64,000 nt of DNA from Octopus vulgaris (taxonomy: Eukaryota), in contig OX597830.1 of assembly GCA_951406725.2 (NCBI GenBank), forward strand, positions 72,044,001-72,108,000. The letters run 5' to 3'. The position numbers and the translations under genes are program-made. The notes beneath the pieces are model-generated. The model was not told where the DNA came from. It saw nothing but the letters and a program-made list of their open reading frames with translations, and searched no databases. Of the stretch, positions 27,441 through 40,854 are shown piece after piece; within the stretch, counting starts at the first letter, position 1, and the number at the start of each line of letters is the position of its first letter.

Positions 27441-28730
27441 TCCACACATTATAATAATTCAAATTTGGCTAGAATTAACGTTCATCAACTGATCCCATGA
27501 TGAATTTTACGATATATGTAAGCCATAATATCACTTCACTTACTTTGTGCATGCACCGACCATAAGATATGTTTGTCACATCATCTAACCATTACAATTA
27601 CAATACACTTACTCTATGGCTCTAATAATTCTTATATATTTCACCAGTATAAAGGATTCTAGCTGAAATCCCAGGTACTGGTATAGCACATATATAACTG
27701 TCGATCCACGGCTAGTAGTTGCTGAATCACTATGAAAAATAATTGTAATTAGATATAATCCATCGTGTTATCTTAACTAAGTTTCATGAAACGTGCGCCA
27801 TAGAAGCGATCCATTTGATGCCTGCATATAATAAAGACAGCCTGTTATGGATACAAAGAGATTTTCTCAATTTCTATGACCGTCTAATTTTATCTCAGCA
27901 TTGCCAAAATATCGCTTGATTTAAAGCTGATCCTTCTACACGTGCTTTATCTATTACATATAAAGGAGATAGGCTAGAAATATTTGCCCTAATCGGATTT
28001 TTTCTTCTTTTCTTGCTTAGAATCTTTTACAAGATTTGTCGTAGTTTTATGGAAGATAATGGAAGATGTGACAGATTATAGAAAACTTGTTGTGGATACT
28101 GTAAAACTAATTACAGTTATGACTTAATTAACTTGTTAAGGCAGCCTTCAGCAACGGAAGCATGTTCAACCCTTCAGAGTTTCCTGACCCGAATAATGTT
28201 AATAGGATATTTTTCTTTGTATCGATGTTGTTTCTTAATTTTGCATTATGTGGAGATGATAAAGAGAAGAAAATCTACTGGTTTATTGGATAGGTTTCTC
28301 TGTTTTTCTCTTTATACACAGTGAGTTTGTAAACTGAGCTTCTTAGTTATCGACTTTGCACAGTTTATTTCTCTTCTTTTACAAATAGAAAACTGTATGT
28401 TCAAAATTGTTTAATGTTCATCTCGATATTTTCGATTCAAAGAGAAGCAAATTTTTTATTTTCCTTTATTTTGTCTTGATTTAATATATTTATTATTTTA
28501 TTCGTCCTTAAATTCTTTCGAGAATTTTTCTGTACAAATTGCTTTAAGAAAAAATACTTTTTTTTCCCACCGGAAATAGTTTTTTTTTCTGTCAGACTGT
28601 TTATCAGTCAATTTCAATTATTCTATTTTCTTAAACAAATATTTGTATTAATAAATTTCCACTCTCTCATGCGCACATACTTGTCTATGTACCTGAACAC
28701 ACACACACACACACGTATATATATATATAC

Positions 28731-28808
<78 letters not shown>

Positions 28809-28811
<3 letters not shown>

Positions 28812-29187
28812 CGCAGGATTGGCTGTGTGGTAAGTAGCTTGCTTACCAACCACACAGTTCCGGGTTCAGTCCCACTGCGTGGCCCCTTGGGCAAGTGTCT
28901 TCTACTATAGTGAGTGGATTTGGTAGACGGAAACTGAAAGAAGCCCGTCGTATATATATATATGTATATATGTGTGTGTGTGTTTGTGTGTCTGTGTTTG
29001 TCTCCCCAAACATCGCTTGACAACCGATGCTGGTGTGTTTACGTCACCGTTACTTAGTGGTTCGGACCGATAAGACAAGTTCTAGACTTACAAAGAATAA
29101 GTCCTGGGGTCGATTTGCTCGACTAAAAGGTGGTGTTCCAGCATGGCCGCAGTCAAATGACTGAAACAAGTAAAAGAGAAAAGAGAG
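28809..29187 (+). mobile_element. SINE family A, full length
   Basis: aggcgcaggattggctgtgtggtaag head through (aaaagag)n tail, inserted after a long (TA)n. Confidence 0.95.
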
Positions 29188-29334
29188 AGAAATATATATA
29201 CACACACACATATGGCCAGAGGAGGGATATATGCGTGTGAATATGCAAGCGAATATGTGTATGCATTTTGATTAGGTTCTTTTCATTGTTTATAATTCAA
29301 CTGAACGTTGAATTAATTCCTAAATTCTTTTATC

Positions 29335-30130
29335 ACTGGGCATCTCTGTCAGTTGCATCTAACAACTGATCAAATGTGTATCGAAGATAAGAAGTTTTAA
29401 ATGTAACTTTGGTTGCAAAAGTTACGGTAGTATTTTCTGGGAAAACATTAATTTAACATTTGGATAATACTGCTTCAGTTATAAAGGAGAATAGGGTGAG
29501 TTATCTCGGTTCAGGTGTACATGAAATTGACTATTTGTGTCGCCACACATTGTTTTACTGGTAGAATGCGTTACGAAAACCATCCTACGAGAAGTGAAAT
29601 AGTTACTGAAGGTATGTTTTATTTGCATTCAATATGACTGAAACTTGTAGCATTTATGAGAATCTTTACGTGTTCTTGGATTTTTGATATGATTCTTAAC
29701 TCATAGTATCCAGTAGCATTACCTCCAAATAGTAAACTTAAACGAACTTTAACGATTATAAAACCTCGCATCGATCATTCTTCTATCGCAATCCAACCTC
29801 TTGCTGCCACGCGTTTCCAAAATAATTTTGTTTCGCCTACATTAAATGTTTGGGAAGGTGTGTAACATTGCTTTTTCTTATGTCTTCAAATTCTTTAGGG
29901 AACACAATTCTTGCTTCAGTATCAGCACTAGCAATTCTTCTTTCACATTTACACTATGCAAACGAACTTGTTTTCTATATCGATAAAACCAGCCATTGCT
30001 TGAAGTAAATGTTTCTTCACAGTCACCATCTTTCGTATCTTTATTGGTAGAAAATAGAGAAGAATTTAGTACAAGTGGTTGCATGTAGTTTCATTGGGTC
30101 GTTAGCTTGTATCACTTATTCGTGTTCATA
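29335..30130 (-). pseudogene. decayed Tigger/pogo-family transposase
   Basis: FTSSNGWFYRYRKQVRLHSVNV (CENP-B-type HTH end), YTPSQTFNVGETKLFWKRV, VRLSLLFGGNATG, DNSP, YPNVKL..PENTT..LQP, FKTSYLRYTF: collinear DDE_1 motifs with stops and frameshifts. Confidence 0.9.
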
Positions 30131-30534
30131 AAAGCTTTTCAAATTCTAAAAACACGCTTATTATTTCTATATTACGTATGCTTGAAGATTACAAGGAATG
30201 CTCACTTTTAATATCCTGAAAATATTCCCTTATACTCTAAAATGAAGATGCAATTATTGCAATGAAAGGAAGAATTAAAGGTAAAACATTAACGAATGCT
30301 TCAGTTCCAATTTCATTTATTGTCATTTAATTTGTTTATCTATTTGTTATTAATCATTTCCTTTGTATTAAGAAAAGCTTTCCTCAAAATACCCTTTTGT
30401 TTTTTTCATATTCGAAGAGAGAAGCAATTTAAAATACAGTAAATAATTTTAAAAACAATGCAAGCACACACCAATTAAATCACTAACTTAATGTCCTGAA
30501 GCACACACGCTCAATATCGCTGTACATTGCGTTA

Positions 30535-30837
30535 AATCTTTTATTTGTTTCAGTCATTTGACTGTGGCCATGCTGGAGCACCGCCTTTAGTCAAACAAAT
30601 CGACCCCAGGACTTATTCGTTGTAAGCCTAGTACCTATTCCATCGGTCTCTTTTGCCGTACCGCTAAGTTACGGGGACGTAAAGAAACCAGCATCGGTTG
30701 TGAAGCGATGTTGGGGGAATAACACACACACACACACATATATATAAATACATACGACAGGTTCCTTTCAGTTTCCGTCTACCAAATCCACTCACAAGGA
30801 TTTGGTCGGCCCAAGGCTATAGTAGAAGACACTTGCC
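30535..30837 (-). mobile_element. SINE family A lacking its head, abutting the satellite
   Basis: Reverse-complement family A from tail to gaagacacttgcc; the tRNA head is replaced by the array. Confidence 0.92.
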
Positions 30838-33800
30838 GACCCACCGACCAAGCAAACAACAATCCGATCCACCGACCAACCAACTAGCCAGCCGACCCAC
30901 CGACAAACCAAACAACCAGCCAACCCACCGACAAACCAACCAACCGACCCATCGAAAAACCAACAAACCAGCCGATCCAACGACCAAACAACCAAACTAC
31001 TAACCAACCGACAAACCAACCAACCAGCCGACACACGACCAACCGAACAAGCCGAACAACCAACCAACCAACCAACCAACCAAAAAGACAACCAACCGAC
31101 AAATCAAAAAACCAGCCGTCCAACCTGACCAAACAACCAGCCAATCACCTAACCGACAAACCAGCAAACCATCCGACACGTGACCAACCAACAAACCAAC
31201 CAGCCAGCCGACATACGACCAAATGACAAACCAAACAACCAGTCGACCCACCGACCAACTAGCCTGACAGCCAACCAACCGACAACCCAACAAACAAGTC
31301 GACACACGACCAACCAAACAACCAACCAAGCAGGCAACAAACTGACAAACCAACCAACCAGCCGACCAACCGACAAAACAGCCAAACAACCGACACATGA
31401 CCAACCAACAAACACACCAACCAGCCAACAGATGACCAACGACCAAACCAACCAACCAGCCGACACATGACCAACCGTCAACCCAACCAACCAGCCGACC
31501 AACCAACAAACCAGCCAACCAACCGACACATGACCAGCCACCAAACCAACCAACCAGCCGACCAACCGTCAAACCAAACAACCAGCCGACAGATGACCAA
31601 CCATCAAATCAACCAGCCAGCCGACACATGAGCAACCATCAAACCAACCTACCAGCCGACACATGACCAACCGTCAAACCAACCAACCAGCCGACCAACC
31701 GACAAACCAACCAACCAACCGACAAATGACCAACCACCAAACCAACCTACCAGCCGACCAACCGACAAACCAACCAACCAGCCGACAGATGACCAACCAT
31801 CAAACCAACCAACCAGCCGACACATGACCAACCGACAAACCAGCCTACCAGCCGACAGATGACCAACCATCAAACAAACCAACCAGCCGACTAAACGACA
31901 AACCAGCCAACCAACCAACACTTGACCAACCACCAAACCAACCAACCAGCCGACCAACCGACAAACCAACCAACCAGCCGACACATGACCAACCGCCAAA
32001 CCAACCAACCAGCCGACAGATGACCAACCACCAAACCAACCTACCAGCCGACCAACCGACAAACCAGCCTACCAGCCGAAAGATGACCAGCCATCAAACC
32101 AAACGACCAACCCGACCAAACAACAAACCAGCCAACCAACCAACAAACCAACCAGCCATTCGACCAACCGACAAACCAACCAACCAGCCGACACATGACC
32201 AACCACCAAACCAACCTACCAGCCGACCAACCGACAAACCAACCAACCAGCCGACACATGACCAACCACCAAACCAACCAACCAGCCGACCAACCGACAA
32301 ACCAACCAACCAGCCGACACATGACCAACCACCAAACCAACCAACCAGCCGACCAACCGACAAACCAACCAACCAGCCGACACATGACCAACCGCCAAAC
32401 CAACCAACCAGCCGACAGATGACCAACCACCAAACCAACCTACCAGCCGACCAACCGACAAACCAGCCTACCAGCCGACACATGACCAACCACCAAACCA
32501 ACCAACCAGCCGACCAACCGACAAACCAACCAACCAGCCGATACATGACCAACCACCAAACCAACCAACCAGCCGACCAACCGACAAACCAGCCAACCAG
32601 CCGACACATGACCAACCGCCAAACCAACCAACCAGCCGACAGATGACCAACCACCAAACCAACCTACCAGTCGACCAACCGACAAACCAACCAACCAGCC
32701 GACAGATGACCAACCACCAAACCAACCTACCAGCCGACCAACCGACAAACCAGCCTACCAGCCGACACATGACCAACCACCAAACCAACCAACCAGCCGA
32801 CCAACCGACAAGCCAACCAACCAGCCGATACATGACCAACCACCAAACCAACCAACCAGCCGACCAACTGACAAACCAACCAACCAGCCGACACATGACC
32901 AACCGCCAAACCAACCAACCAGCCGACAGATGACCAACCACCAAACCAACCTACCAGCCGACCAACCGACAAACCAACCAACCAGCCGACACATGACCAA
33001 CCACCAAACCAACCAACCAGCCGACCAACCGACAAACCAACCAATCAGCCGACCAAACGACAAGCCAGTCAACCAACCAACACTAGACCAACCACCAAAC
33101 CAACCAACCAGCCGACACATGACTAACCGCCAAACCAACCAACCAGCCGACAGATGACCAACCACCAAACCAACCTACCAGCCAACCAACCGACAAACCA
33201 GCCTACCAGCCGACACATGACCAACCACCAAACCTACCAACCAGCCAACCAACCGACAAACCAACCAACCAGCCGAGGCATGACCAACCACCAAACCAAC
33301 CAACCAGCCGACCAACCGACAAACCAACCAACCAGCCGACACATGACCAACCGCCAAACCAACCAACCAGCCGACAGATGACCAACCACCAAACCAACTT
33401 ACCAGCCGACCAACCGACAAACCAGCCTACCAGCCGACACATGACCAACCACCAAACCTACCAACCAGCCAACCAACCGACAAAACAGCCAACCAGCCGA
33501 GGCATGACCAACCACCAAACCAACCAACCAGCCGACCAACCGACAAACCAACCAACCAGCCGACACATGACCAACCGCCAAATCACCCAGCCAGCCGACA
33601 GATGACCAACCACCAAACCAACCAACCAGCCGACCAACCGACAAACCAGCCTACCAGCCGACACATGACCAACCGCCAAACCAACCTACCAGCCGACCAA
33701 CCGACAAACCATCTACCAGCCGACACATGATCAACCACCAAACCAACCAACCAGCCGACCTACCGACAAGCCAACCAACCAGCCGACACATGACGAACCA

Positions 33801-34893
33801 CCAAACCAACCAACCAGCCGACCAACCGACAAACCAACCAACCAGCCGACAGATGACCAACCACCAAACCAACCTACAAGCCAACCAACCGACAAACCAA
33901 CCAACCAGCCGACAGATGACCAACCACCAAACCAACCTAACAGCCGACCAACCGACAAACCAACCAACCAGCCGACACATGACCAACCGCCAAAACCAAC
34001 CACCAAACCAACCTACCAGCCGATCAACCGACAAACCAACCAACCAGCCGACACATGACCAACCACCAAACCTACCAACCAGCCAACCAACCGACAAAAC
34101 AGCCAACCAGCCGAGGCATGACCAACCACCAAACCAACCAACCAGCCGACCAACCGACAAACCAACCAACCAGCCGACACATGACCAACCGCCAAACCAA
34201 CCAACCAGCCGACAGATGACCAACCACCAAACCAACCTACCAGCCGACCAACCGACAAACCAGCCTACCAGCCGACACATGACCAACCGACAAACCAACC
34301 AACCAGCCGACACATGACCAACCACCAAACAAACCAACCAGCCGACCAACCGACAAACCAACCAACCAGCCGACACATGACCAACCACCAAACCAACCAA
34401 CCAGCCGACACATGACCAACCACCAAACCAACCAACCAGCCGACCAACCGACAAACCAACCAACCAGCCGACACATGACCAACCACCAAACCAACCAACC
34501 AGCCGACCAACCGACAAACCAACCAACCAGCCGAGGCATGACCAACCACCAAACCAACCAACCAGCCGACCAACCGCCAAACCAACCAACCAGCCGACAA
34601 ATGACCAACCGCCAAACCAGCCAACCAGCCGACAGATGACCAACCACCAAACCAACCTACCTGCCAACCAACCGACAAACCAGCCTACCAGCCGACATAT
34701 GGCCAACCACCAAAACAACCAGCCAGCTAACCAACCGACAAACAAACCAACCAGCCAACCAACCGACAAACCAGCCAACCAACCGACACATGACCAACCA
34801 CTAAACCAACCAACCAGCCTACCAACCGACAAACCAGCCAACCAGCTGACACATGACCAACCGCCAAACCAGCCAATCAGCCAACCAACCAAC
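30838..34893. repeat. 4-kb CCAA-derived satellite with 28-bp and 35-bp monomers and 63-bp and 224-bp higher-order periods
   Basis: B = ccagccgac-caaccgacaaaccaaccaa (28 bp); A = the same with a 7-bp insert acatgac/agatgac (35 bp). ABABABA = 224 bp matches the spacing of ORF starts 32930, 33154 and 33378. Confidence 0.97.
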
Positions 34894-35304
34894 ACTTCTG
34901 TTGTCTGTTATTTTTACGTAAAGGTCAATGAATAAAAGATGGGTCGGTCACGACTGGATGTCTTCGATCATAGACCTGTTCGATTAGGCTTTCGTGAGGG
35001 ATGGACAACAACAACAACAACAACAGCAACAGCAGCAGCACCAACAACAACAACAACAACAACAAAATATATTTAATACGACCGATTTTCTCTAGGTTTA
35101 GGAACCAGGAGTTCTGTGCGTGTGTATGGCAGAGGCATTGTGAAATAGCAGCAACATGTTGGGAAGAAGATGAGTTTTCACTTAGATTTTATTACAGGAT
35201 ATTTCGTAAACCTGAATCTCTGGTGCTGGGTCGGGGTGGGGTGGGGGCCTTCGATATTGCTTACATCCCTTCTCTTTTACCTGCTGCAATACGATGACGG
35301 CTTT

Positions 35305-35612
35305 TGTTGTTGTTGTTGTTGGTGGTGGTGTTGTTTGAGATAGTAGTGGTGATGCTGGTGGTAATGGTTGTAGTTGTGGTGGTGGTCATGGTAGTAGTGC
35401 TGGTGGTGATGTTGGTGGTGTTTGAGATAGTAGTGGTGATGGTGGTGGTAATGGTTGTAGATGTGGTGGTGGTCATGGTTGTGGTGGTGTTTGAGATAGT
35501 AGTGGTGATGGTGGTGGCCATGGTTGTTGTTGTGGTGGTGGTCATGGTAGTGTTGGTAGTAGTGCTGGTGGTGGTGGTGTTTGAGATAGTAGTGGTGATG
35601 GTGGTGGTAATG
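35305..35612. repeat. GGT-derived minisatellite (4 units, periods 87/69/90)
   Basis: Marker tttgagatagtagtggtgatg at 35334, 35421, 35490 and 35580. Confidence 0.9.
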
Positions 35613-35639
35613 GCACACATATTTACGTTCTTTTATGCT

Positions 35640-36375
35640 TTTAGGCTTTTATTTGTTTCGGTCATTAGACTGCGGCCATGCTGGAGCACTGCGTTAAAGG
35701 TTTTCAGTCGAAGAAATCGACCCCAAAACTTAATCTTTGTGAGCCTACTACTAATTCTATCGGCCTCTTTTGCCGAACCCCTAAGTGACGAGGATGTAAA
35801 CACATCAACATCAGTTGTTAAGCGATGGTGGTGGTGGCGGCGGCGGACAAACACAGACACAACCACACACAGACACACACATATCGACACACGCACACAT
35901 ACACAAACGCACGCACACACATTTACAACAGACTCCTTTTAATTTCCCTCTACCAAATCCTCTCAGAAGGTTTTGGTCGGCCCCAGGCTATAGTAGAAGA
36001 CACTTTACCCAAGGTGCCACGCAGCGGGACTCAACCCGGAGCCCCTCACCCTCTAATACTCTTAGCGCTTCACATTCAATCGTTCTGTCTTTGAACTTCT
36101 CTCCTTTAACATCTCAAACGCAAGATCTTTTCCCTGAAGGCAGAGGCTCGTCTCATCCTATGATGGAACCAAACTACAAACACTGTCGTGCACCGCGGAG
36201 CCACCAGAAACAGCTGTCGGATTTGTAATTCTTTTCCTTTACCCCTTTTATTTTCTATATCATTTGTGCTCTGTGTAAGTTGGACTTTTTGTATATATAA
36301 ACGTACATACATATTTTGTATTTAATGTACTATGTGGTTGGTAAGCAAGCTACTTACCACACAGCCACTCCTACT
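35640..36375 (-). mobile_element. SINE family A interrupted in its head by a ~290-bp Penelope-like insert
   Basis: Body 35640-36040 ends gggactcaacccgga; the head resumes at 36331 atgtggttggtaagcaagctacttaccacacagcc. Confidence 0.85.
36131..36221 (+). ncRNA. minimal type I hammerhead-like motif with long stem II
   Basis: UCC-CUGAAGG...GGCUC...GAGCC...GAAA-CAGCUG-UC-GGA: stem I UCC/GGA, palindromic stem III ACAGCUGU, GUC cleavage triplet; A9 to G and an imperfect stem II base. Confidence 0.55.
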
Positions 36376-36449
36376 CTCTATATCCTCGAAAGTCCCACCA
36401 CAAAAATAATTCAGCGTAAATTATACATACATGCATATATATATATATA

Positions 36450-36675
36450 TATTTTTCCCCACAGGGGGCTAAACTCAGAGGGGACAAACAAGGACAGACA
36501 AATGGCTTAAGTCGGTTACATCGACTCCAGTGCGTAACTGGTACTTAATTTATCGACCCCGAAAGGATGAAAGGCAAAGTTGACCTCGGCGGAATTTTAA
36601 CTCGGAACGTAACGGCAGCCGAAATACCGCTAAGCATTTCGCCCGACGGGCTAACGATTCTGCCAGCTCGTCCCT
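36450..36675 (-). mobile_element. SINE family B monomer
   Basis: Same head and body as 21295-21527. Confidence 0.92.
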
Positions 36676-36701
36676 CCTCCACATATATTATATATATATA
36701 T

Positions 36702-36873
36702 AGGCGCAGGAGTGGCTGTGTGGTAAGTAGCTTGTTTACCAACCACATGGTTCCGGGTTCAGTCCCACTGTGTGGCATCTTGGGCAAGTATCTTCTACTA
36801 TAGCCTCGGGCCGACCAAAGCCTTGTGAGTGGATTTGGTAGACGGAAACTGAAAGAAGCCCGTCGTATATATG

Positions 36874-36908
<35 letters not shown>

Positions 36909-37042
36909 AAGAAGGCTAGAAAGAAGCAGAAACCGCGGTACGAGTTGTTAAAGTTATCGGTAAACGTTTTTGATTTTCACTCTCGATAAATTCATCCCCT
37001 TTTGTGTTCCCAGCACTCGGCAACTTTATTTAGGAGCCCTTA

Positions 37043-37093
<51 letters not shown>

Positions 37094-37308
37094 GCGTGTG
37101 TTTGTGTGTCTGTGTTTGTCCCCCCAACATCGCTTAACAACCGATGCTGGTGTGTTTACGTCCCCGTCACTTAGCGGTACGGCAAAAAAGAGACCGATAG
37201 AATAAGTACTGGGCTTACAAAAGAATAAGTCCCGGGGTCAATTTGCTCGACTAAAGGCGGTGCTTCAGCATGGCCGCAGTCAAATGACTGAAACAAGTAA
37301 AAGAGTAA

Positions 37309-37311
<3 letters not shown>
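36702..37311 (+). mobile_element. SINE family A, full length, with a 140-bp insert in its internal (TA)n
   Basis: Head at 36702, tail at about 37310; unrelated insert 36905-37045 containing gaaaccgcggta. Confidence 0.93.
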
Positions 37312-37348
<37 letters not shown>

Positions 37349-37669
37349 ATGCTTACCACCATTCCCTGTTTCGAAACCACTGAGCACATGTCATTTTCTA
37401 TGACCGCAAGTTGGTCTGTACATTGTGAGTGAATTTGTGCAGTTACAAAATGTATAGAAGCCTAGCGAATGAATTGTATTTATATTTTAGGCCATTAAGC
37501 CTTATCATGTACACACTGTTATGCTGATTTTACCTGAGAAATTGCCTTAAGTCTTCACTTATATTCGGATTACTCGTTACTTCAGGTGCAGGTAGTTCAG
37601 TGGTCCTCACAACTGGTATCTCATCTTTGAACTGCAGTGACCCATCCCCTGTCTATCTATCTATCTACA

Positions 37670-37740
<71 letters not shown>

Positions 37741-38668
37741 GTTTGCCTTCCTGTCTATTTATCTAGCCTGCTACATAACTATGTATGTGCATATATTTGT
37801 GTATCAATGCACGAATGTATGTATGTACATGTGTGTGCGTGTGTGCGTGTGCGTGTGTATGTGTGTGTTTATTTGTTTGTGAGCGTATGTACGTGTATGT
37901 GCGCGCGCGCATGTTCTACCTTAGTTTAATAATTTAAACGTGAACAATTCCAAATCTTACTTGCCATATATGGAAGACCGTCCATGTAGCAAACTAATAT
38001 GTTCACAAAATCCAATTAATCCTGTTTGAAATAGCAATTTTAAATTCCTACCTTTATTATTTCTTATAATCACAGTTCGCTATTATTTATCACATTTAAA
38101 TCTCTAACAATATTTTCAAGTAAACCTTAAGGAAAAGAATATACAAACGAGAAAAACAAATTAATATATAGTTTTCAAGACAAGCATTTTTAAAGAAAAA
38201 CCTCATAAAAACAGAACAGCTCATTACCTATTATATCTATTTCATATTTGAATTTCCTTTTACTTGTTTAATTAACATTATATTATATAAATATTTCTAT
38301 TGACAATGTCTCATTAAAAATAAGAAAAACTTATCTTTGATTTAATACATTACATTGAAATATGTTCTGCAAATATTTTTTTCTTAGGCAGCCATGTTAT
38401 TTCGATTAAACTAAGTTGAAGTTTAAAAATAATTATGCAATTTTTTTGAAATGTTTTCAGATTATATTTAAATAAACAATGTTTTATAAATGTTGCTTGA
38501 TGCAGCTGCACCTGAAGATTCGAAGATAAACAAAGATAATGTCATATCGAAGTTGATATCATTTCTAGAACACTTCCGCGATCCCTCTTAAACTTCAACG
38601 TTAGCCAATGGTTGTTGTTTTTCGTAACGAAATTTAGTTTCGTTTCCTTTTTTAATCCAATCCCATCA

Positions 38669-38750
<82 letters not shown>

Positions 38751-38879
38751 GTTATGTATCTATCTATCTATCTATCTTTCCATAACTAGATATAAATGTG
38801 TGTGTATTCATATATAAACACATATATAGGTATATATATATATAGTTGAATATGTAAATATGTAAATACATATGTATGC

Positions 38880-38946
<67 letters not shown>

Positions 38947-39334
38947 TACATATATACACGTATATATATATATATATATACATATATATATGAGAGAGGG
39001 ATTGATAGATAAATAGACAGATAGGCGAAAGCACAGAACTCACACTATTTGTGCTATTACATATATATTTGTACATTTGTATGTATATATGCATGTATAT
39101 ATGTATGTATAAATATATATATATGTCAAATATATATATATACACGTGTATATTTTTTCCAGCCATGCCTGTGAAAATCTAATGTTTAATTTTGTCTTTT
39201 TTGACTTCCATTGTTAGCAAAACTGGTGTTTCACAGCACCCTTGTTATATATAATTCTTATATATATCTATTAATTTTCCCAATACGGTTTTAAGCTTGC
39301 GCCTGCTAACATTCTTTATCTCATATGATTAAGG

Positions 39335-39369
<35 letters not shown>

Positions 39370-39387
39370 ACTCTCTCTCTCTATATA

Positions 39388-39435
<48 letters not shown>

Positions 39436-39994
39436 CAGACATACATACACATATCCGCTAGCTCATTTCACTACAACTTTCATTTACATTTTAAATGTCC
39501 AAATTCTTATATGTATTGAAATGTATACCCCTTTGTGTATGCATAGTATGACAGAATACTTAAGAAGTTAACTTCGTAAGCAACAGGTCCCGGTTTCGAC
39601 CCAACTGCCTGCAATTTTCCCTACATTTGCGTCGCCAATGTCTTGCAACTTCTAAACTGTTTAGAAGCCTCTACGATAGTTGATACTTGCAGTGCAATGG
39701 AGAAACTTCGTCACACGATTGCAGCTAATTCCATCTAAGATTACTTTACGGTCACACGCGCCCTTGAACTTCTCTGCCGATTACACGCAAATTCAATTAT
39801 TCTGGTAGGGTATTCCTCGAAGAACTAGATACTCACTAGTAAAACTTTTACCCGAGATGTATTTATTGAACTTTTAATTGCAAGCAACAATTTACATCTT
39901 CGCTATCCTCTTCTACTGTTCTCCATATGTCTTTCTGCTCCTTTTTTTAAGCAGTTACATATCCACATATGGAATAAGCAATACTCTAATCACT

Positions 39995-40255
39995 AGGCAC
40001 ATGACCTAGTTGTCAGGAAGTTGCCCGCGCAATCGCGAGATCGTGGTTTCAGCCTCTGAATCAGATGCTGCGTTGTGTTCCTTCGATAGTTGATTTGTGG
40101 TACACCGTGCGCCTGTTGAGGCGACATCGAATTGATGGAAGCAATGAACTTATGCACAGGACATACATTTGATCACTCAGAATAAAACATTTGTGCAATT
40201 TTTCAGCTTATTATTGCAGAACCATCTTTCAAAGACTACGGGAGACCACCATTAT
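39995..40255 (+). mobile_element. diverged tRNA-headed SINE (family C-like head, different tail)
   Basis: ggcacatgacctagttgtcagg...gagatcgtggtttc...gcgttgtgttcctt resembles the head at 59491. Confidence 0.55.
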
Positions 40256-40467
40256 CATCAGTTACCTATCCTAATGATTTAAGATTGATAATAGCTTTAA
40301 TAATGGTCTGTAATTTAGGCAAAATGGCGGTAATTTTGAGAGGAGGAATGGTTTATTATCAAGCCTGATTTTTAAACGGTACTTTAGTTTAGAAATACCA
40401 TAAGAATGGCTGGATAGTTGTCTTCTAGAAGGAATTGAACAGAGAACTTAAAGATAGTGTTTATTTT

Positions 40468-40700
40468 TTTATTCTTTTACTTGTATCAGGCATTTGTCTG
40501 GGACCATTCTGGAACACCACCTTAAGGGAATTTAGTTGAATAAATCGACCCCAGGACTAATTCTTTGTATGCCTAGCACTCACTCTGTCAGCCACTTTTA
40601 CCGAACCGCTAAGTTACAGGAACGTAAACACACAAAACAGCAGTCGTCAAGCGATGTGGTGGTGGTAATGGGGAAAACACTGACCACAAACACACAAATA

Positions 40701-40760
<60 letters not shown>

Positions 40761-40818
40761 ACAGGCTTGTTTCAGTTTCCATCTACAAATCCACTCACAA
40801 GGCTTTGGTTAGCCAGAT
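40468..40818 (-). mobile_element. SINE family A, 5'-truncated
   Basis: Reverse-complement tail through ccactcacaaggctttgg. Confidence 0.85.
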
Positions 40819-40854
40819 GTTGCACTCTCACCGCACTTAAATTTTATACTATTG

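Noticed and set aside
30838-34893. Long ORFs (MTNHQTNQPADQPTNQPTSRH repeats; LVGW-rich 414 aa) as proteins, or the array as a CRISPR locus
   Set aside because: Stop-free frames follow from the C/A-only composition, 28- and 35-bp units shift the frame, and there are no unique spacers or cas genes.
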